IMG/VR virus record: IMGVR_UViG_3300010354_000067
Coordinates: 1-64,000 of that record
Strand: one strand, 5' to 3'
Source: a virus
DNA: 64,000 nucleotides
The position numbers and the translations under genes were made by a program. Shown here in pieces: positions 21,001 to 30,824 of this stretch. The notes below the pieces were generated by a model. It made no database searches, was not told the origin of the DNA, and was given only the letters and a program-made list of their open reading frames with translations. Each line of letters starts with the position of its first letter. Position 1 is the stretch's first letter.

Positions 21001-22105
21001 AATGCGTCAAACACAAACTCAGTTTGCTCAGCAACAAGTCAGGGCTGGTCTTGAGCAAGGAATGGAAAATGCTATTGCTGGCCTTACAACCTCAGAAGGC
21101 CTCACAAGAGAGCAAGCAGAAGCAAGGATTAAAGTTATTAAAGATCAGTCATATCAAACATCTCTATTAATTAGAGATATTGAAGACAGAATTTTTGAAC
21201 GCAATCAGCAAATAATTCCACTCAAGGATCAGCAGTACCAACTTGACCTACAAATAAGAGAAATTTCAGATAGAATATTTGAAAGAGAAGGTCAAATATA
21301 TGATATTAGAACTAAGCAACTAGATCCAGCCCAACAAGTTCTTGATAAACTAAATGAACAAAGAAATAGGGTACAAGAAACAACTGATGAGGTTATTGAC
21401 ACTTATAAGGCAACAGCAGATTTAGCAGATGTGACTAAAGATGCCACTGGTCAAGCAGACAATTTGGCGGCAGCGTGGCACGATGTAGCAAAACAAATTG
21501 ATGCTGCAAATAAATTAGCAAAAGAAGAAGCGGCACAACTTATTGCTCCTCAAAGAAAGAAGGGCGAAACTGAAGTTTCATATGCTGATAGAGTTGCTAG
21601 ATATAATGCTTCTTTAGCAGGAATTAGGGAAAGAAGAGATCGTGCAGTTGCGGCAGCACTAGCATCTGGCAGAGCAAAAATGGGAACAGGAATGTATGGG
21701 GGAGGAATGGTCAAGAAATATGGTAGTGGCGGAATGATGAGAAAATATGCCTATGGTGGAAGCGTACTGGGTGTTGGTTCTAGGGACTCAATTCCCGCCA
21801 TGCTTACTCCTGGAGAATTTGTAATTCGTAAGGCAATGGTGGATAAATATGGAAAGCCACTTATATCTGCACTCAACCAAGGATCTTTTGCAATGCCAAC
21901 CTACAAAACATCAGAATCTACAGCAGGCAATGTCTCAGTTAAGTCAGAAAACAATACAAATGTTCTTGCTCCAATGTATAATAACTATAGCGTTAATGTT
22001 AGTGTAAGCAATGCTAATGCTTCCGCTGATGAAATTGCGAATAAGACAATTATGAAGATTAAGCAGATGCAGGATACAAGAGTTAGGGGCAGCCGTGGCT
22101 ACTAG
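15002..22105 (+). CDS. tape measure protein
   Basis: 2367 aa, Ala-rich helical, TP901-like core region, hydrophobic segments and coiled coil; TTG start after GAGGTG. Confidence 0.95.
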   Translation: MADNVNANIRVDLDTSDALASLRNLQNQISLFNKSVIQSNATAVAAQKSMLSTLSAQIDSTRQFTASMVNVETSVSRLGRTIDKNKLSLGEYFRYGVASSKSFGRVFGREHTAIMELAADRVKRLQTQYVAMGQAQNGVMKAMAIRPMNLFNADAAVAIQRQQIFNKLLHDGSTSLINFGKNTQWAGRQLMVGFTVPLTIFGGMAGKIFMDLERQIVNFRRVYGDATTPLEETNGMILQIQELAKEFTKYGIAVRDTIALASDAAAAGAQGKDLLAATAEATRLSTLGMIDQQQALTATIALQSAFGLSAEKLAESVNFLNAVENQTVVSLADITEAIPKVAPVIKGLGGDVEDLAVFMAALREGGVTAAEGANALKSGLASLINPTKNAREQLAKVGINIDAILKTNKGDIQGTVRAFGDALMTLGKFERQQTLAKVFGKYQFARLGALFENISRDASQAQRVVDLTGMSVEELGNLAEKELGAIEESIGVKFTGAVERLKLAIAPIGEAFLRVATPIIEFATKLAEKFNELGPNVKNFVVVLAAGLGVVVPTIIMLIGLFANFAGNAVKGLSLMNNFFNRLKGGAGTLDYLSGEQLDAAAAAASLEGQTSSLTGALNVQRNAVDQLAKSYGRYITAAQAAASNLPQGFRGPAKRMASGGLVSGSGNKDTEPALLTPGEFVMNRGATEKFGPILDAMNRGTVKGLQEGSRSSKQSGAASRQFKSGAFVLRGLGANIGAGGAGSGILSDILGVSARSIADVTSLFVSEISQSAGVTVSAINKEIKAWQQQNRSYLEQLNRQLADAIINNDVKEQQRLLDEANSKFVADMKRSSGPLSKFATEAERRYPELSADLENTQRIIRSTKLNLSDANQSAQFFEENMKKTALLSKLGKPGTYQPQARVASGALPFFGSGIGMGIPAQLIDPRVRATAGRETSMGLSAAQSAALYRAGTSAEHVMKTPQQVAKEARTLAVVASKSAGGTIIKEMQKASVRAGSVIGPSVMRGASAASPPPWSTQLGMWIGEGIQQGMTTSLADVSARLKQQMTGPNRGFLLPAGPSSPFPQGNINAPMNNMSNQTNQAAGAMAKVKVAAGNLGRSLMKGGGKLSGAMFALDGLVFGLSMMDNSIGQFAQNIMPVVFGLHGLKMVLPLLASPVGLLVGALAALTAVVIVGRNRIEEALDEAVNRGKEAATSMKDVASIGKIFGKSLRTLNVQKIGFQTAQKTRAQEYFATEEGAAQISALSEQRATMGREKFTLSMAQDIATAAITQGLSGKQIDAYISAVAEKLNDKQLYYNLRGELVELLDPENKEDILKNGLLIKVKAETATEFLKESMQIPKTTLDQLRADIGQIYREATPKGVMETAVSEADRLAQEIQKLEQERVDLANAIAEEGPGGPAETRWKELTYIIIPELTRQMNSASREINYNNVELEDRAMALENATKWGAIFGEKLSLSNQFLAYQKQLLDSGKIKQKEYNKQMAEANKVIAQNTVSMKQAAKSLQGLEDGGEALGAFMKQLGDQIFAGLDEELRTKISDALASIKDVSASIDLQVAYAQGSITTQDLIDLSSVVDSFPPFARTDLIIAYGKGSLTSEELVYIKDNADALVGLDGTQIDFLISVSGLDNMIAAINLMKQVNALGPITDANFMQYSALQNQLSALAKDIPQPTMGDTGDDGPKPPPPPPGGDGEKTKSWLEQLIADTEATLSLLPGMINKIKSKYPNIPVQILEAIGVGEEGQKRAQEVLNMSANKFKEFMAKYRESLIRTSQSALGIKVAQREQQDLAKMQLQQTTVDGRKVEKQVIEDILQDEGAIAAILSNNVKKINEYVREYRKLQEEQDPVKEKIEEITKENEKIIKAIDKQIKKQQDVVKVIQDQIDALEKKNEEDQWSIRGKEREKELIDRQIESLERANEMDQRRIDVLQRQDELRNREADALNYELDAMSSIEEKIKETYQQRIDALDKVTQLNDHILQQERQRLGLSQALSEGDIYAATAAAQEMRQTQTQFAQQQVRAGLEQGMENAIAGLTTSEGLTREQAEARIKVIKDQSYQTSLLIRDIEDRIFERNQQIIPLKDQQYQLDLQIREISDRIFEREGQIYDIRTKQLDPAQQVLDKLNEQRNRVQETTDEVIDTYKATADLADVTKDATGQADNLAAAWHDVAKQIDAANKLAKEEAAQLIAPQRKKGETEVSYADRVARYNASLAGIRERRDRAVAAALASGRAKMGTGMYGGGMVKKYGSGGMMRKYAYGGSVLGVGSRDSIPAMLTPGEFVIRKAMVDKYGKPLISALNQGSFAMPTYKTSESTAGNVSVKSENNTNVLAPMYNNYSVNVSVSNANASADEIANKTIMKIKQMQDTRVRGSRGY

Positions 22106-22739
22106 TGCGTATATGACGGGTAGAAGAGGCTATTTGGCTGGAGCCACGAGGCCACAGGCCATTCTGCTTTCAGACAATGCTGGAACACTTCAGAGTGGCA
22201 AGTATATACCAAATGGAACTGAGTGGGAAGACTTTATCATTCTTACTGACGGTAATCGTGGAGAAATTTCATTGTCTCAACAAAGAATAGAATCAAGACA
22301 AAGAATGATAAATGGAAATATGCGTTCCTACTGGATTGCAGACAAACTTAATCTATCAACATCTTGGACAAGAATTCCATCACGAGCATATTCTGAAAGC
22401 GTTGATTTTGATCCATCAAATGGATCAATTACAAACAATCCTGAGACTTATTCAATGTATACCGTCGATGGTGGTGCAGGAGGGGTGGACATTGTAAACT
22501 GGTATGAAGATCATCCTGGCCCATTCTATGTATTCTTGGCATATGATAAGTTTAGGGTTGACGGAGTAGAAAACTTTGATAGACTTGATGGATATAATCA
22601 GGTACTAAAGATGTATTTTGCATCATTTGACTATAATATTGAAAAAAGAGGCGGAACAACAATAGGAAACATGTGGTCTAACAATAAGACAACTGGATTT
22701 GATTTCTGGAATATCAGTATGTCTCTGGAAGAGGTATAA
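22095..22739 (+). CDS. distal tail (Dit-like) protein
   Basis: Directly after the tape measure; RMINGNMRSY pattern and SLEEV end. Confidence 0.6.
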   Translation: MATSAYMTGRRGYLAGATRPQAILLSDNAGTLQSGKYIPNGTEWEDFIILTDGNRGEISLSQQRIESRQRMINGNMRSYWIADKLNLSTSWTRIPSRAYSESVDFDPSNGSITNNPETYSMYTVDGGAGGVDIVNWYEDHPGPFYVFLAYDKFRVDGVENFDRLDGYNQVLKMYFASFDYNIEKRGGTTIGNMWSNNKTTGFDFWNISMSLEEV

Positions 22740-25700
22740 TGTTTCAGTCCACCGAATTAGCAGATCATCTCAGAACATCTGACACAATTAAAACAGAAAC
22801 TTCAATATATGCTGAATGGAACATGAATCGTCCAGGAAATATTGCAAGGCTGGGAAACTATAGATACCGACCAACATACACTGGATCTCAATACTTCTTA
22901 ATTCCAATGAACTATGATCCAATTGACAGCGGATACTATTATACTGACGCTACTGATTCTGACATTGCAATAGATAGCGGATTTGATGACAACGATGATC
23001 CAACTTTGTTTATTTCAAAAAAAGAAAAAATGAAGTTGCTCTATTCACTAGAAGACTGCATCAAGCCACATAGACCAAGGTCTGGGATAAATAAGCCCCT
23101 TTACCTAGGAAACATTGGTGCGCCATATAGTCAAGCACAATATATTACAAATCCATCACCAATAAATTCAGTTACTGACGCACAAGAATTAAATCAAGGG
23201 TATATTGTTAATAGGCCAAGATACTACATGGGACATAGAGATGATATTTTTAAGTATTGGACTTCATATAGAACAGAATACGGTATGCCAACCCCAAGAC
23301 CAGGGCAAGTTGATGCAGAGGTTCTTAGGCAGGTAGAAAGAGGAATATCATTTTCTCAAAACAATCAGTTTTATATTGAAGATGCTGCCCCATTTGTTGT
23401 ATATAACGATCAAATTCCAACAAATAAAATAGTTGTAAAGATGCAAACAAATGTGGGAGATATTAACCTTGGAAATGTAAGGTATGGAAACGAATCTATT
23501 CCAGATCCCCTATACGGAACTGCAAATCAAACTACTCCAACAGAGTGGAGAATAGAAAAACTCAACGCTGATAGTTCTTGGGAAATCATAGCGGAATTTG
23601 ATTCAACATCCCTTGATGAAGAAGACAATCCAATTATTGGTCCAGATGGATATATTGAGATATCATATGGCCTACAACTTCCAGATCAATATAAAGATGT
23701 ATATGTGTTTGCTGATACCATTACAAGCGCTACCCTTCTTCCTGAAGTTGCCCCTGAAGGATATGCATACTTAGTTAAAGAATCAGAACACGATCTTGGA
23801 ACAATGTGGATTTATTATGAAGATGATTGGGAGTCATTTGTTCCTGACTACTCTTGGCAACTTTCTAACGAGGAAATAAGTCATACTAGTAATTTTGTTA
23901 CTCAGCCAGCAAACCCAGACTACTTTATCAATGTTAATGGAAATGTTCAATTTAGAGAATTTGAATTTATCAATGGCATAAGAATTGTTGTAAAGACAAT
24001 GAACAAGGCAAACTGCACATTTGATCTTATTGAATTTTCTCCTAGGCTTATTGTTGATATTGGAAATATTGTTCAGGGATTCAATGTAACAAAGTCATTG
24101 TCTGATCTAGGAAATGGATCAATTCCAGTAGGAAGCCTTTCTGTATCAGTTGGACAACTTGACATATTTGATACAGATTTTTCTTTCAATCAAAACAATA
24201 CTTTTGATCCAGAAACAAATACAGGAAGCATTTTAGCCCCATATTTAGATATGCCAGTTAAATTTCTTTTTTATGATATTGTAAGACAAGTAAATGGATA
24301 TGACTACTTTATTCCAGTAAAGTCAATGTACAGCGAATCATTTCCACAATCAAGCGGTACAGGAGCGATTGTTAGCATACAGTTAAGGGACTTTTTCTTC
24401 TATCTAGAATCTACTCCAGCGCCACAACTTCTCCTTACTGATGTATCTCTGAGTTGGGCCATAACAGTTTTAATGGACTATATTGGGTTCTCAAATTATA
24501 CATTTAAAAGAATTGCTGGATATCCAGAAATGACAATTCCCTACTTCTTTGTAGAGCCAGATCAAAACTGTGCAGAAGTTCTTCAAAAACTTGCAATAGC
24601 AAGCCAGTCTGCAATGTTTTTTGATGAATATAATAATCTTGTCGTAATGTCAAAAGAGTATCTGCTTCCAAGCAGTGCAGATGAAAGAGCAACGGATATG
24701 ACACTTTATGGTCAAGTAGAAGATTCTTCTCTACCAAACATTGTAAATCTTTCATCAGATGAGAAAAAAGTATATAATGATGGTCAAATAAACTATACAA
24801 CAAGATATATCCAAAGATCAATTGGGTCTACTCAAACCGCACAGAAACTAGACCAATATAAGCAATATATTTATAAGCCAGTACTGCTCTGGGAAGTTCC
24901 AGGAAGAGAAACATTAAAAACAATCAACGATCTTGTAGCACAAAATAGCGGGTATACATTGGGTGCAGTTCCGCTCAACACCAACCTTACTGCTGATTTA
25001 CCATATGTAAGACTAAATACAATATACAACAACATTATTGATGTTGGAGAAAATATATTTTGGATTCCATCATGTTCTGGATATTTTTATGCCAACGGAG
25101 AAATTATTCGATATGATGCTATAGAATTTGCCATAACTGGTCAAGCAGAACCAATATGGATTACAAGCAATCAGCAATATCAAGATTACATGGCATCTCT
25201 CCCATTTAATGGCAAAATGTATGCTACTGGCAACGTCCGTATTTATACAAAGCCAGAATATGAAATAATTGATGACACAATAAATCTTAAAGACGGGGTA
25301 ATTAAAGAACATGGGCGTGGACAATTTGGAACACCAGTAACACAACATATTGCTGGTCTAACTGATGATAACTATTGGACCAACTCAAACTATGTTGGCG
25401 GCTGTATTATGGATTCAGCAAAATATCTTTTTACAACTAACTCATATGTTGAATATCCAACAACTATGACGACTGGTATAGCAGGAAAAATTCAGGAAAC
25501 TCCGTATGTTAATTCAGATATCTTTGCTCAATCATCAACACGAAATGGAATAATTAAGAACTTCCTTGCTGACAAATACTATGCAGAAGAAGAAATAAAT
25601 TATCTAAAAACAACTGGTCCAGGAACAATACAGGCATCTGGTCTTGTATTCAATGGACCAGTGTTTGGAGATGTTTCTATACCAGAGCAGGGCGTTCCCT

Positions 25701-27550
25701 CACTTGGTCCATCATCATTTATCTCTTATGTATACAAAGATTTTGTTGATCAAAATGGGCAAAGCATTCCATATAAGCACTTTGGTACGAGAATGAGAGT
25801 TGTTGGAAGAATAGAGGGAGGAACTGAAAAATCACAAACTCCTAGTGGATCATACCCAATTTTCGAAGGATCTGCTGGAGAAAACCTCTACTCATCATCT
25901 GGTCCTTTAGTAGAAACTTCTTCAGATCAGCAGGTAAAAATATATGGGGGATCTGGGGGAATTGGTATTGGTGTAAATAAGCAAACAAACAACGGATACT
26001 TTTTTGAAATAGTCGCCTTGACAGCAGACAATGTTGAAAGTTATGTTTCAGATAATAATGCAAATGCAAATGTTGCAAAAATTCTTAGTTCTCCAGCACC
26101 GTCTTGTACGAATAATGTTGTTACTGTAAATACTGAAAGCCAAGTTAATTTTCAGGTAGGACAAAGAATAACAATTTCTGGTCTTGTCGATGCAAACGAC
26201 CCACTAAATACAAGAACAAAACTTAATGGAGAGTATGTCATTACAGCAGTAAACACAAATAAAAAATCTTTTCAGTATACTATCGATGCTAGTCCAGCAC
26301 TTACTACTACATCTAGCACAGGAGGAATTGCATCATCAATTGATCAAGAAGAAACAAATATTTCAAACATATATTTTTATAAAATAGTTTCTGATGGAAA
26401 TGGAAATGCTATTCCATATAGACTTTGGAGAGGTTTAGCACAAATTAATGTTGATTCTGGAGAATTCTTAGGACAAAATAGATTAGCGGGTGAGTCTTCT
26501 ACTACAGTATATGATCTTTCAGTTGAGTATTCTAATATTGGATCGTCTAGAAGGTTTTATCTTTATATGAATGGCAAGCAGATTGCCACGGTAGATGATA
26601 CCAATCCTCTTCCAGAATTTAACAACATGGTTATTTTCACCAGAGGCTCTTCAAGATGCATATTTGAAAATGTCTATGCTCTTGCAAATAATTATTCTCA
26701 AAATACTTCGTTTACTGCCCAAAAAGGAATTTCCGCCGTGTTTGGTGATGGAGAAGTCGATGCAACAGAGGCTCTAAGAAAGTATGCTCTAAGCGGAATA
26801 ATTCAAAAAACATATTTGTCTGGAATAAGTAGTGCTGAATCTCCACAATACTTAATGTATTTTGAAGAGTTTGGAACAATTCTAAGAGAATGTGCATACT
26901 TTAATATAAAATATGACAGAGCCTATCCTGCCCTATATGCAAAAATGATGAAGACGCTAAACAGAGTAAAAGGCTACAGCGTTTCTGGATTTTATGCAGG
27001 ATCTTACGGAGCAGACTTCCTAGTATTTAACTGCACAGACTTTAATCTTAATCTAGACGACACATCTGGAAACTATTTGAGAATTCAAGGTGTTGCATTT
27101 ACTCAAAATACAACGTATACTCTTACTGTAGATGAGTATTTCAAAAATAAATCCACTGTATCAGAAACTGAACTTGGAACTTCAAGTACAATAACTAATC
27201 CATTTAGAGTTATAGAAGAATACAATAGGATTAAGAATAGTAGAATTCGATATGGAGTAAATCAGTTTACCCCAATTGATAGTCCATATATTCAATCAAC
27301 TGATGTTGCCGAAGGAATTTTTGGATGGGTTGTTGATAAGGTTTCAGTTCCCAAGAAGGTGGTTGGCCTAAATCTCTTTGGTACGAATAATATGCAAATC
27401 GGAGACATTGTAAATATTGACTACAAGGATCAACAAGGATTAGGAATTGACATTATTTCTCCACAAGACAAACGATTTGTTGTTTATAATATTGAATATA
27501 AGAAAAGTTTTCAAGGAATAGAAACTACAGCATATTTGGTGGAGGTATAA
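22739..27550 (+). CDS. large tail tip/baseplate hub protein
   Basis: 1603 aa; LQKLAIASQSAMFFDEYNNL and MQIGDIVNI hub-type motifs. Confidence 0.7.
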   Translation: MFQSTELADHLRTSDTIKTETSIYAEWNMNRPGNIARLGNYRYRPTYTGSQYFLIPMNYDPIDSGYYYTDATDSDIAIDSGFDDNDDPTLFISKKEKMKLLYSLEDCIKPHRPRSGINKPLYLGNIGAPYSQAQYITNPSPINSVTDAQELNQGYIVNRPRYYMGHRDDIFKYWTSYRTEYGMPTPRPGQVDAEVLRQVERGISFSQNNQFYIEDAAPFVVYNDQIPTNKIVVKMQTNVGDINLGNVRYGNESIPDPLYGTANQTTPTEWRIEKLNADSSWEIIAEFDSTSLDEEDNPIIGPDGYIEISYGLQLPDQYKDVYVFADTITSATLLPEVAPEGYAYLVKESEHDLGTMWIYYEDDWESFVPDYSWQLSNEEISHTSNFVTQPANPDYFINVNGNVQFREFEFINGIRIVVKTMNKANCTFDLIEFSPRLIVDIGNIVQGFNVTKSLSDLGNGSIPVGSLSVSVGQLDIFDTDFSFNQNNTFDPETNTGSILAPYLDMPVKFLFYDIVRQVNGYDYFIPVKSMYSESFPQSSGTGAIVSIQLRDFFFYLESTPAPQLLLTDVSLSWAITVLMDYIGFSNYTFKRIAGYPEMTIPYFFVEPDQNCAEVLQKLAIASQSAMFFDEYNNLVVMSKEYLLPSSADERATDMTLYGQVEDSSLPNIVNLSSDEKKVYNDGQINYTTRYIQRSIGSTQTAQKLDQYKQYIYKPVLLWEVPGRETLKTINDLVAQNSGYTLGAVPLNTNLTADLPYVRLNTIYNNIIDVGENIFWIPSCSGYFYANGEIIRYDAIEFAITGQAEPIWITSNQQYQDYMASLPFNGKMYATGNVRIYTKPEYEIIDDTINLKDGVIKEHGRGQFGTPVTQHIAGLTDDNYWTNSNYVGGCIMDSAKYLFTTNSYVEYPTTMTTGIAGKIQETPYVNSDIFAQSSTRNGIIKNFLADKYYAEEEINYLKTTGPGTIQASGLVFNGPVFGDVSIPEQGVPSLGPSSFISYVYKDFVDQNGQSIPYKHFGTRMRVVGRIEGGTEKSQTPSGSYPIFEGSAGENLYSSSGPLVETSSDQQVKIYGGSGGIGIGVNKQTNNGYFFEIVALTADNVESYVSDNNANANVAKILSSPAPSCTNNVVTVNTESQVNFQVGQRITISGLVDANDPLNTRTKLNGEYVITAVNTNKKSFQYTIDASPALTTTSSTGGIASSIDQEETNISNIYFYKIVSDGNGNAIPYRLWRGLAQINVDSGEFLGQNRLAGESSTTVYDLSVEYSNIGSSRRFYLYMNGKQIATVDDTNPLPEFNNMVIFTRGSSRCIFENVYALANNYSQNTSFTAQKGISAVFGDGEVDATEALRKYALSGIIQKTYLSGISSAESPQYLMYFEEFGTILRECAYFNIKYDRAYPALYAKMMKTLNRVKGYSVSGFYAGSYGADFLVFNCTDFNLNLDDTSGNYLRIQGVAFTQNTTYTLTVDEYFKNKSTVSETELGTSSTITNPFRVIEEYNRIKNSRIRYGVNQFTPIDSPYIQSTDVAEGIFGWVVDKVSVPKKVVGLNLFGTNNMQIGDIVNIDYKDQQGLGIDIISPQDKRFVVYNIEYKKSFQGIETTAYLVEV

Positions 27551-27551
27551 A

Positions 27552-28214
27552 ATGGCAATTGATTTTGATACATTGTCTAGAATTATTCGTGAGACAGATG
27601 CTGCATATGCGGCAGGAAATGATGCACAGAAGCAGGCAGCAGTAGCACAGAGAGAGTCCGTGGTCAATCAGTGGGCTTCACAGGGGTATCAGAACGTTGC
27701 TTCTGCTCCCGCTCCTGCACCACCATCTAGCAGTGGTGGAGGATATTCTCCTCCTCCCGCACCATCCCCAGTGCCTAAAAGCCCTTGGGTTACCACATCA
27801 TCATATGTGCCACCAAGCGGAGTAAAGCAGGCAGAGCCAGACATTATTTTAGATCCAGAAACAAATACAAGCGGGGACTATATTGCAGAAAGATTTTTTG
27901 AGGAAATTGGTGGCACAGAACTTATTAGTATTTCTAGACATGATCTTATAGATGGAATAAACGTAACATATAGCGCTATTGCAAATCTTTCTCAAATAAG
28001 AAGAAGGTTTAATCCAAACAATATTATTGCAATGGATATTTATTCAGATAACGAATTTTCCAAGTCTGCAATTGATCTTATTTCTAGAGGAATGAATGAG
28101 CCATATTTTGATGATAATGGAGATCTCATTGTTGAAGTTGATATAATAAGACCAGAGGAAAATATTGAGGCACAGATTTCTCAGCAGGGAACTATAACAA
28201 GGATAGAGATATGA
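27552..28214 (+). CDS. minor tail protein with Pro/Ser-rich linker
   Basis: Tail-module synteny; APAPAPPSSSGGGYSPPPAPSP. Confidence 0.55.
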   Translation: MAIDFDTLSRIIRETDAAYAAGNDAQKQAAVAQRESVVNQWASQGYQNVASAPAPAPPSSSGGGYSPPPAPSPVPKSPWVTTSSYVPPSGVKQAEPDIILDPETNTSGDYIAERFFEEIGGTELISISRHDLIDGINVTYSAIANLSQIRRRFNPNNIIAMDIYSDNEFSKSAIDLISRGMNEPYFDDNGDLIVEVDIIRPEENIEAQISQQGTITRIEI

Positions 28215-29548
28215 TTACAAATAGCGGAAAAGAGATAATTTCCAAGTACCTCCTTGGTCAGACACCATCATATGCAACACATGTTGCCATTGGTTGTGGT
28301 GCAACACCACTTGATGGAAATGATCCAGCACCTTCACCATCTACATTGGCAGCAAAAACCAAACTTGATTTTGAGATGGCTCGTGTTCCAATTACATCAA
28401 AGGGGTTTGTTGATGATAACGGCACAACTAAGGTATCTTTTACTGCTGAGTTGCCACAAGAAAATAGATATGATATTACAGAAATAGGACTTTGGTCTGC
28501 TGGTAATAATAGTCTTGCAAAAAACTTTGACAGCAGGGTGGCATTTAATTTTTCTGAACCGTGGCAGGCACATAATACAGCAATTTCTGAAATTACTACT
28601 CCAGCACCTCTAGGAAGCAGCGGGAATATTACAACTTCCCTAAAATATTTTAGAGCATCAAGTAATAATACAATTTTTGCAGATGCTGATAGAAAAGCAC
28701 GACAAGAGGGACCAAGATTCCTTAACTCTAAGATATTTTTACGAGGAGATTCTTCTATAATTCAGGGTGCAACAGGGTCTTGGTCAGGAGATTCTCCAAC
28801 ATACTCTGTTACAAACAAGGTTGCTGCAACTGGAACTGCCACCCTTACTACCTCAACTGATCATTTACTTAATGTTGGAGATAGCATCATTGTTGATATT
28901 GCAGATGCAAATTTTGATGGAGTAAAGACTATTACTGCTAGGACAGACAACACTGTAAGTTTTGCTTCTGCCGCTACAGTAGGCTCCGCAGCAGCAAGCG
29001 GAACAATAGTAATGGAACTTTCTACCCATATTCACCTTAATGCAATTAACTTTGATATTTCTAGAAATTCACCATCAGACATTATTTCTGTAGCATTTAG
29101 CGTAATTAATAAGGATGCGCTAGCACCAGCGGTAGATCCAGATTATGTAAAGATTCTTATTGAGTTTTATAGAAACGAAATCTCAACAACATCTGGATAT
29201 GCTAAGGCAGAGATTTATGTTGATGGAGTAGATCTTGTGGATAATAGATATCAGGTAGTGGAGATTCCCATCTCTGATTTGATTACTAGCGCAGACTTTA
29301 GTTCAACACAGGCGAGGGTATGTAGAATCTTTGCCTCTGTTGTTTACACTGACAGCGGAGAGCAAATGACCTCGCCAATACACTATGTTGATCTAGAGGG
29401 AATTAGAATTGAAAACGTAAGCACACAAAATCCTTTGTATGGTCTTGTAGGCTATTCAATAGTAAGAACAACTGATGGTCAGCCATTATATAAGTATCAG
29501 AATACAAACAACTATGTAGAGTTCAGGTTCAATTTGGATGTGGGATAA
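28211..29548 (+). CDS. minor tail/baseplate protein
   Basis: MITNSGK...HVAIGCG...ITEIGLWS fibre-base-like N-terminus. Confidence 0.6.
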   Translation: MITNSGKEIISKYLLGQTPSYATHVAIGCGATPLDGNDPAPSPSTLAAKTKLDFEMARVPITSKGFVDDNGTTKVSFTAELPQENRYDITEIGLWSAGNNSLAKNFDSRVAFNFSEPWQAHNTAISEITTPAPLGSSGNITTSLKYFRASSNNTIFADADRKARQEGPRFLNSKIFLRGDSSIIQGATGSWSGDSPTYSVTNKVAATGTATLTTSTDHLLNVGDSIIVDIADANFDGVKTITARTDNTVSFASAATVGSAAASGTIVMELSTHIHLNAINFDISRNSPSDIISVAFSVINKDALAPAVDPDYVKILIEFYRNEISTTSGYAKAEIYVDGVDLVDNRYQVVEIPISDLITSADFSSTQARVCRIFASVVYTDSGEQMTSPIHYVDLEGIRIENVSTQNPLYGLVGYSIVRTTDGQPLYKYQNTNNYVEFRFNLDVG

Positions 29549-30345
29549 TGCCAAAAATCATTATTCCTAGAGAAAATCTTCCAGAGATTGATATTTATAC
29601 TCAAAAATATAATGTCAGGTATAGAATTGTTTCTGAAAACCAAAATAATATTTCATACTGGTCGCCCATTTTTGAGGTAGATCCAGAAATAATTTTTTGG
29701 AGAGGAACAATTGATTCTCCAGGCTATATGTATTTAGAAAAACTTGGATCTTCTTTTGTAACCATTACTTGGGATTCTGTATCAATATATAAAGAGGTAG
29801 ATGAAGAACTTACAAATATAGGAGAACTTTCTGACTATGATCTGTGGATAAAGTGGGCGCAAAATGGTGGGGCAAATCCCAGTGACTGGATATACAAAGA
29901 AAGAATTTCTTCAACCTCTGTAAACATAAATATTCCCGCTACATACATTGACTCAACAGGAACATCAAGATCATCTATCAAATATATGTATGTAGAAATA
30001 TACAGACCAGGAAGACCAATTTTAAGATATGAACAAACCTACGAGTTTCCACAAAACTCAACAACTGTTGATATAACAAATAATTGGATTGATTTTGGTC
30101 AAGGGCATGGGTCAGCAACTGGAACTCCAGGCTTATATACTTCTACTACCCCAATCGGTGGACTAACTAGTGGAAATACCTATTACACTAGAACAATAAA
30201 CTACACAACAATAGCGCTATATCCAACAAAACAAGACTCGCTTGATGATACTAATAGAATTAATCTAACATCTACTGGATCTGGGGTTGGCTCATTTACT
30301 GGATTTCCATTTAGAATGTATGACTCAGTAATAACAACGCTCTGA
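29548..30345 (+). CDS. minor tail protein
   Basis: Synteny; beta-rich, YNVRYRIVSE..NISYWSP. Confidence 0.55.
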   Translation: MPKIIIPRENLPEIDIYTQKYNVRYRIVSENQNNISYWSPIFEVDPEIIFWRGTIDSPGYMYLEKLGSSFVTITWDSVSIYKEVDEELTNIGELSDYDLWIKWAQNGGANPSDWIYKERISSTSVNINIPATYIDSTGTSRSSIKYMYVEIYRPGRPILRYEQTYEFPQNSTTVDITNNWIDFGQGHGSATGTPGLYTSTTPIGGLTSGNTYYTRTINYTTIALYPTKQDSLDDTNRINLTSTGSGVGSFTGFPFRMYDSVITTL

Positions 30346-30351
30346 TATAAT
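30343..30351 (+). promoter_or_regulatory. extended -10 promoter overlapping a TGA stop
   Basis: TGATATAAT, then AAGGAG and ATG 30367. Confidence 0.65.
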
Positions 30352-30366
30352 TAACAAGGAGAAAAA

Positions 30367-30810
30367 ATGGCAAAAGTACCTTTACCAGATCGTGGGCAAC
30401 CATTAGACGTTACCTACATCTATCAAATTGCTAACGCTGTCAACGATCTTGCAGATACAATTTCAACAGCAACATATAACTACACAACTGTTGACACTAG
30501 GACTGTGGGAAAGCAAGACGTAAAGAATAATAATGCAAAGTTCTATGCTGGATATAAGGATGTTGTAACAGAAGAAACTGTTTCAGCAAACACCACAAAA
30601 ACTTGGGCAATTGATTTTGCATCAGACTTTAAGTACCCACCAATTGTAACTGCCAGTCCAGTAAATACTGGAACGAGCACGGTAGGAAATGACGTTACTG
30701 TTGCCATTACGTCTATCACAACAGCAAGAGTAGAGGGAATCGTTAGATTTAACTCCTCTGGATCTGTAAGCACATCTGTAAACATTATCGCCATTGGCAT
30801 ACCTGCATGA
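30367..30810 (+). CDS. small tail/fibre protein with H-type lectin-like C-terminus
   Basis: IDFASDFKYPPIVTAS...VNIIAIG pattern. Confidence 0.55.
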   Translation: MAKVPLPDRGQPLDVTYIYQIANAVNDLADTISTATYNYTTVDTRTVGKQDVKNNNAKFYAGYKDVVTEETVSANTTKTWAIDFASDFKYPPIVTASPVNTGTSTVGNDVTVAITSITTARVEGIVRFNSSGSVSTSVNIIAIGIPA

Positions 30811-30816
30811 TATAAT
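30808..30816 (+). promoter_or_regulatory. extended -10 promoter overlapping a TGA stop; near-leaderless
   Basis: TGATATAAT ends 8 nt before ATG 30825. Confidence 0.65.
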
Positions 30817-30824
30817 TAACCGCT

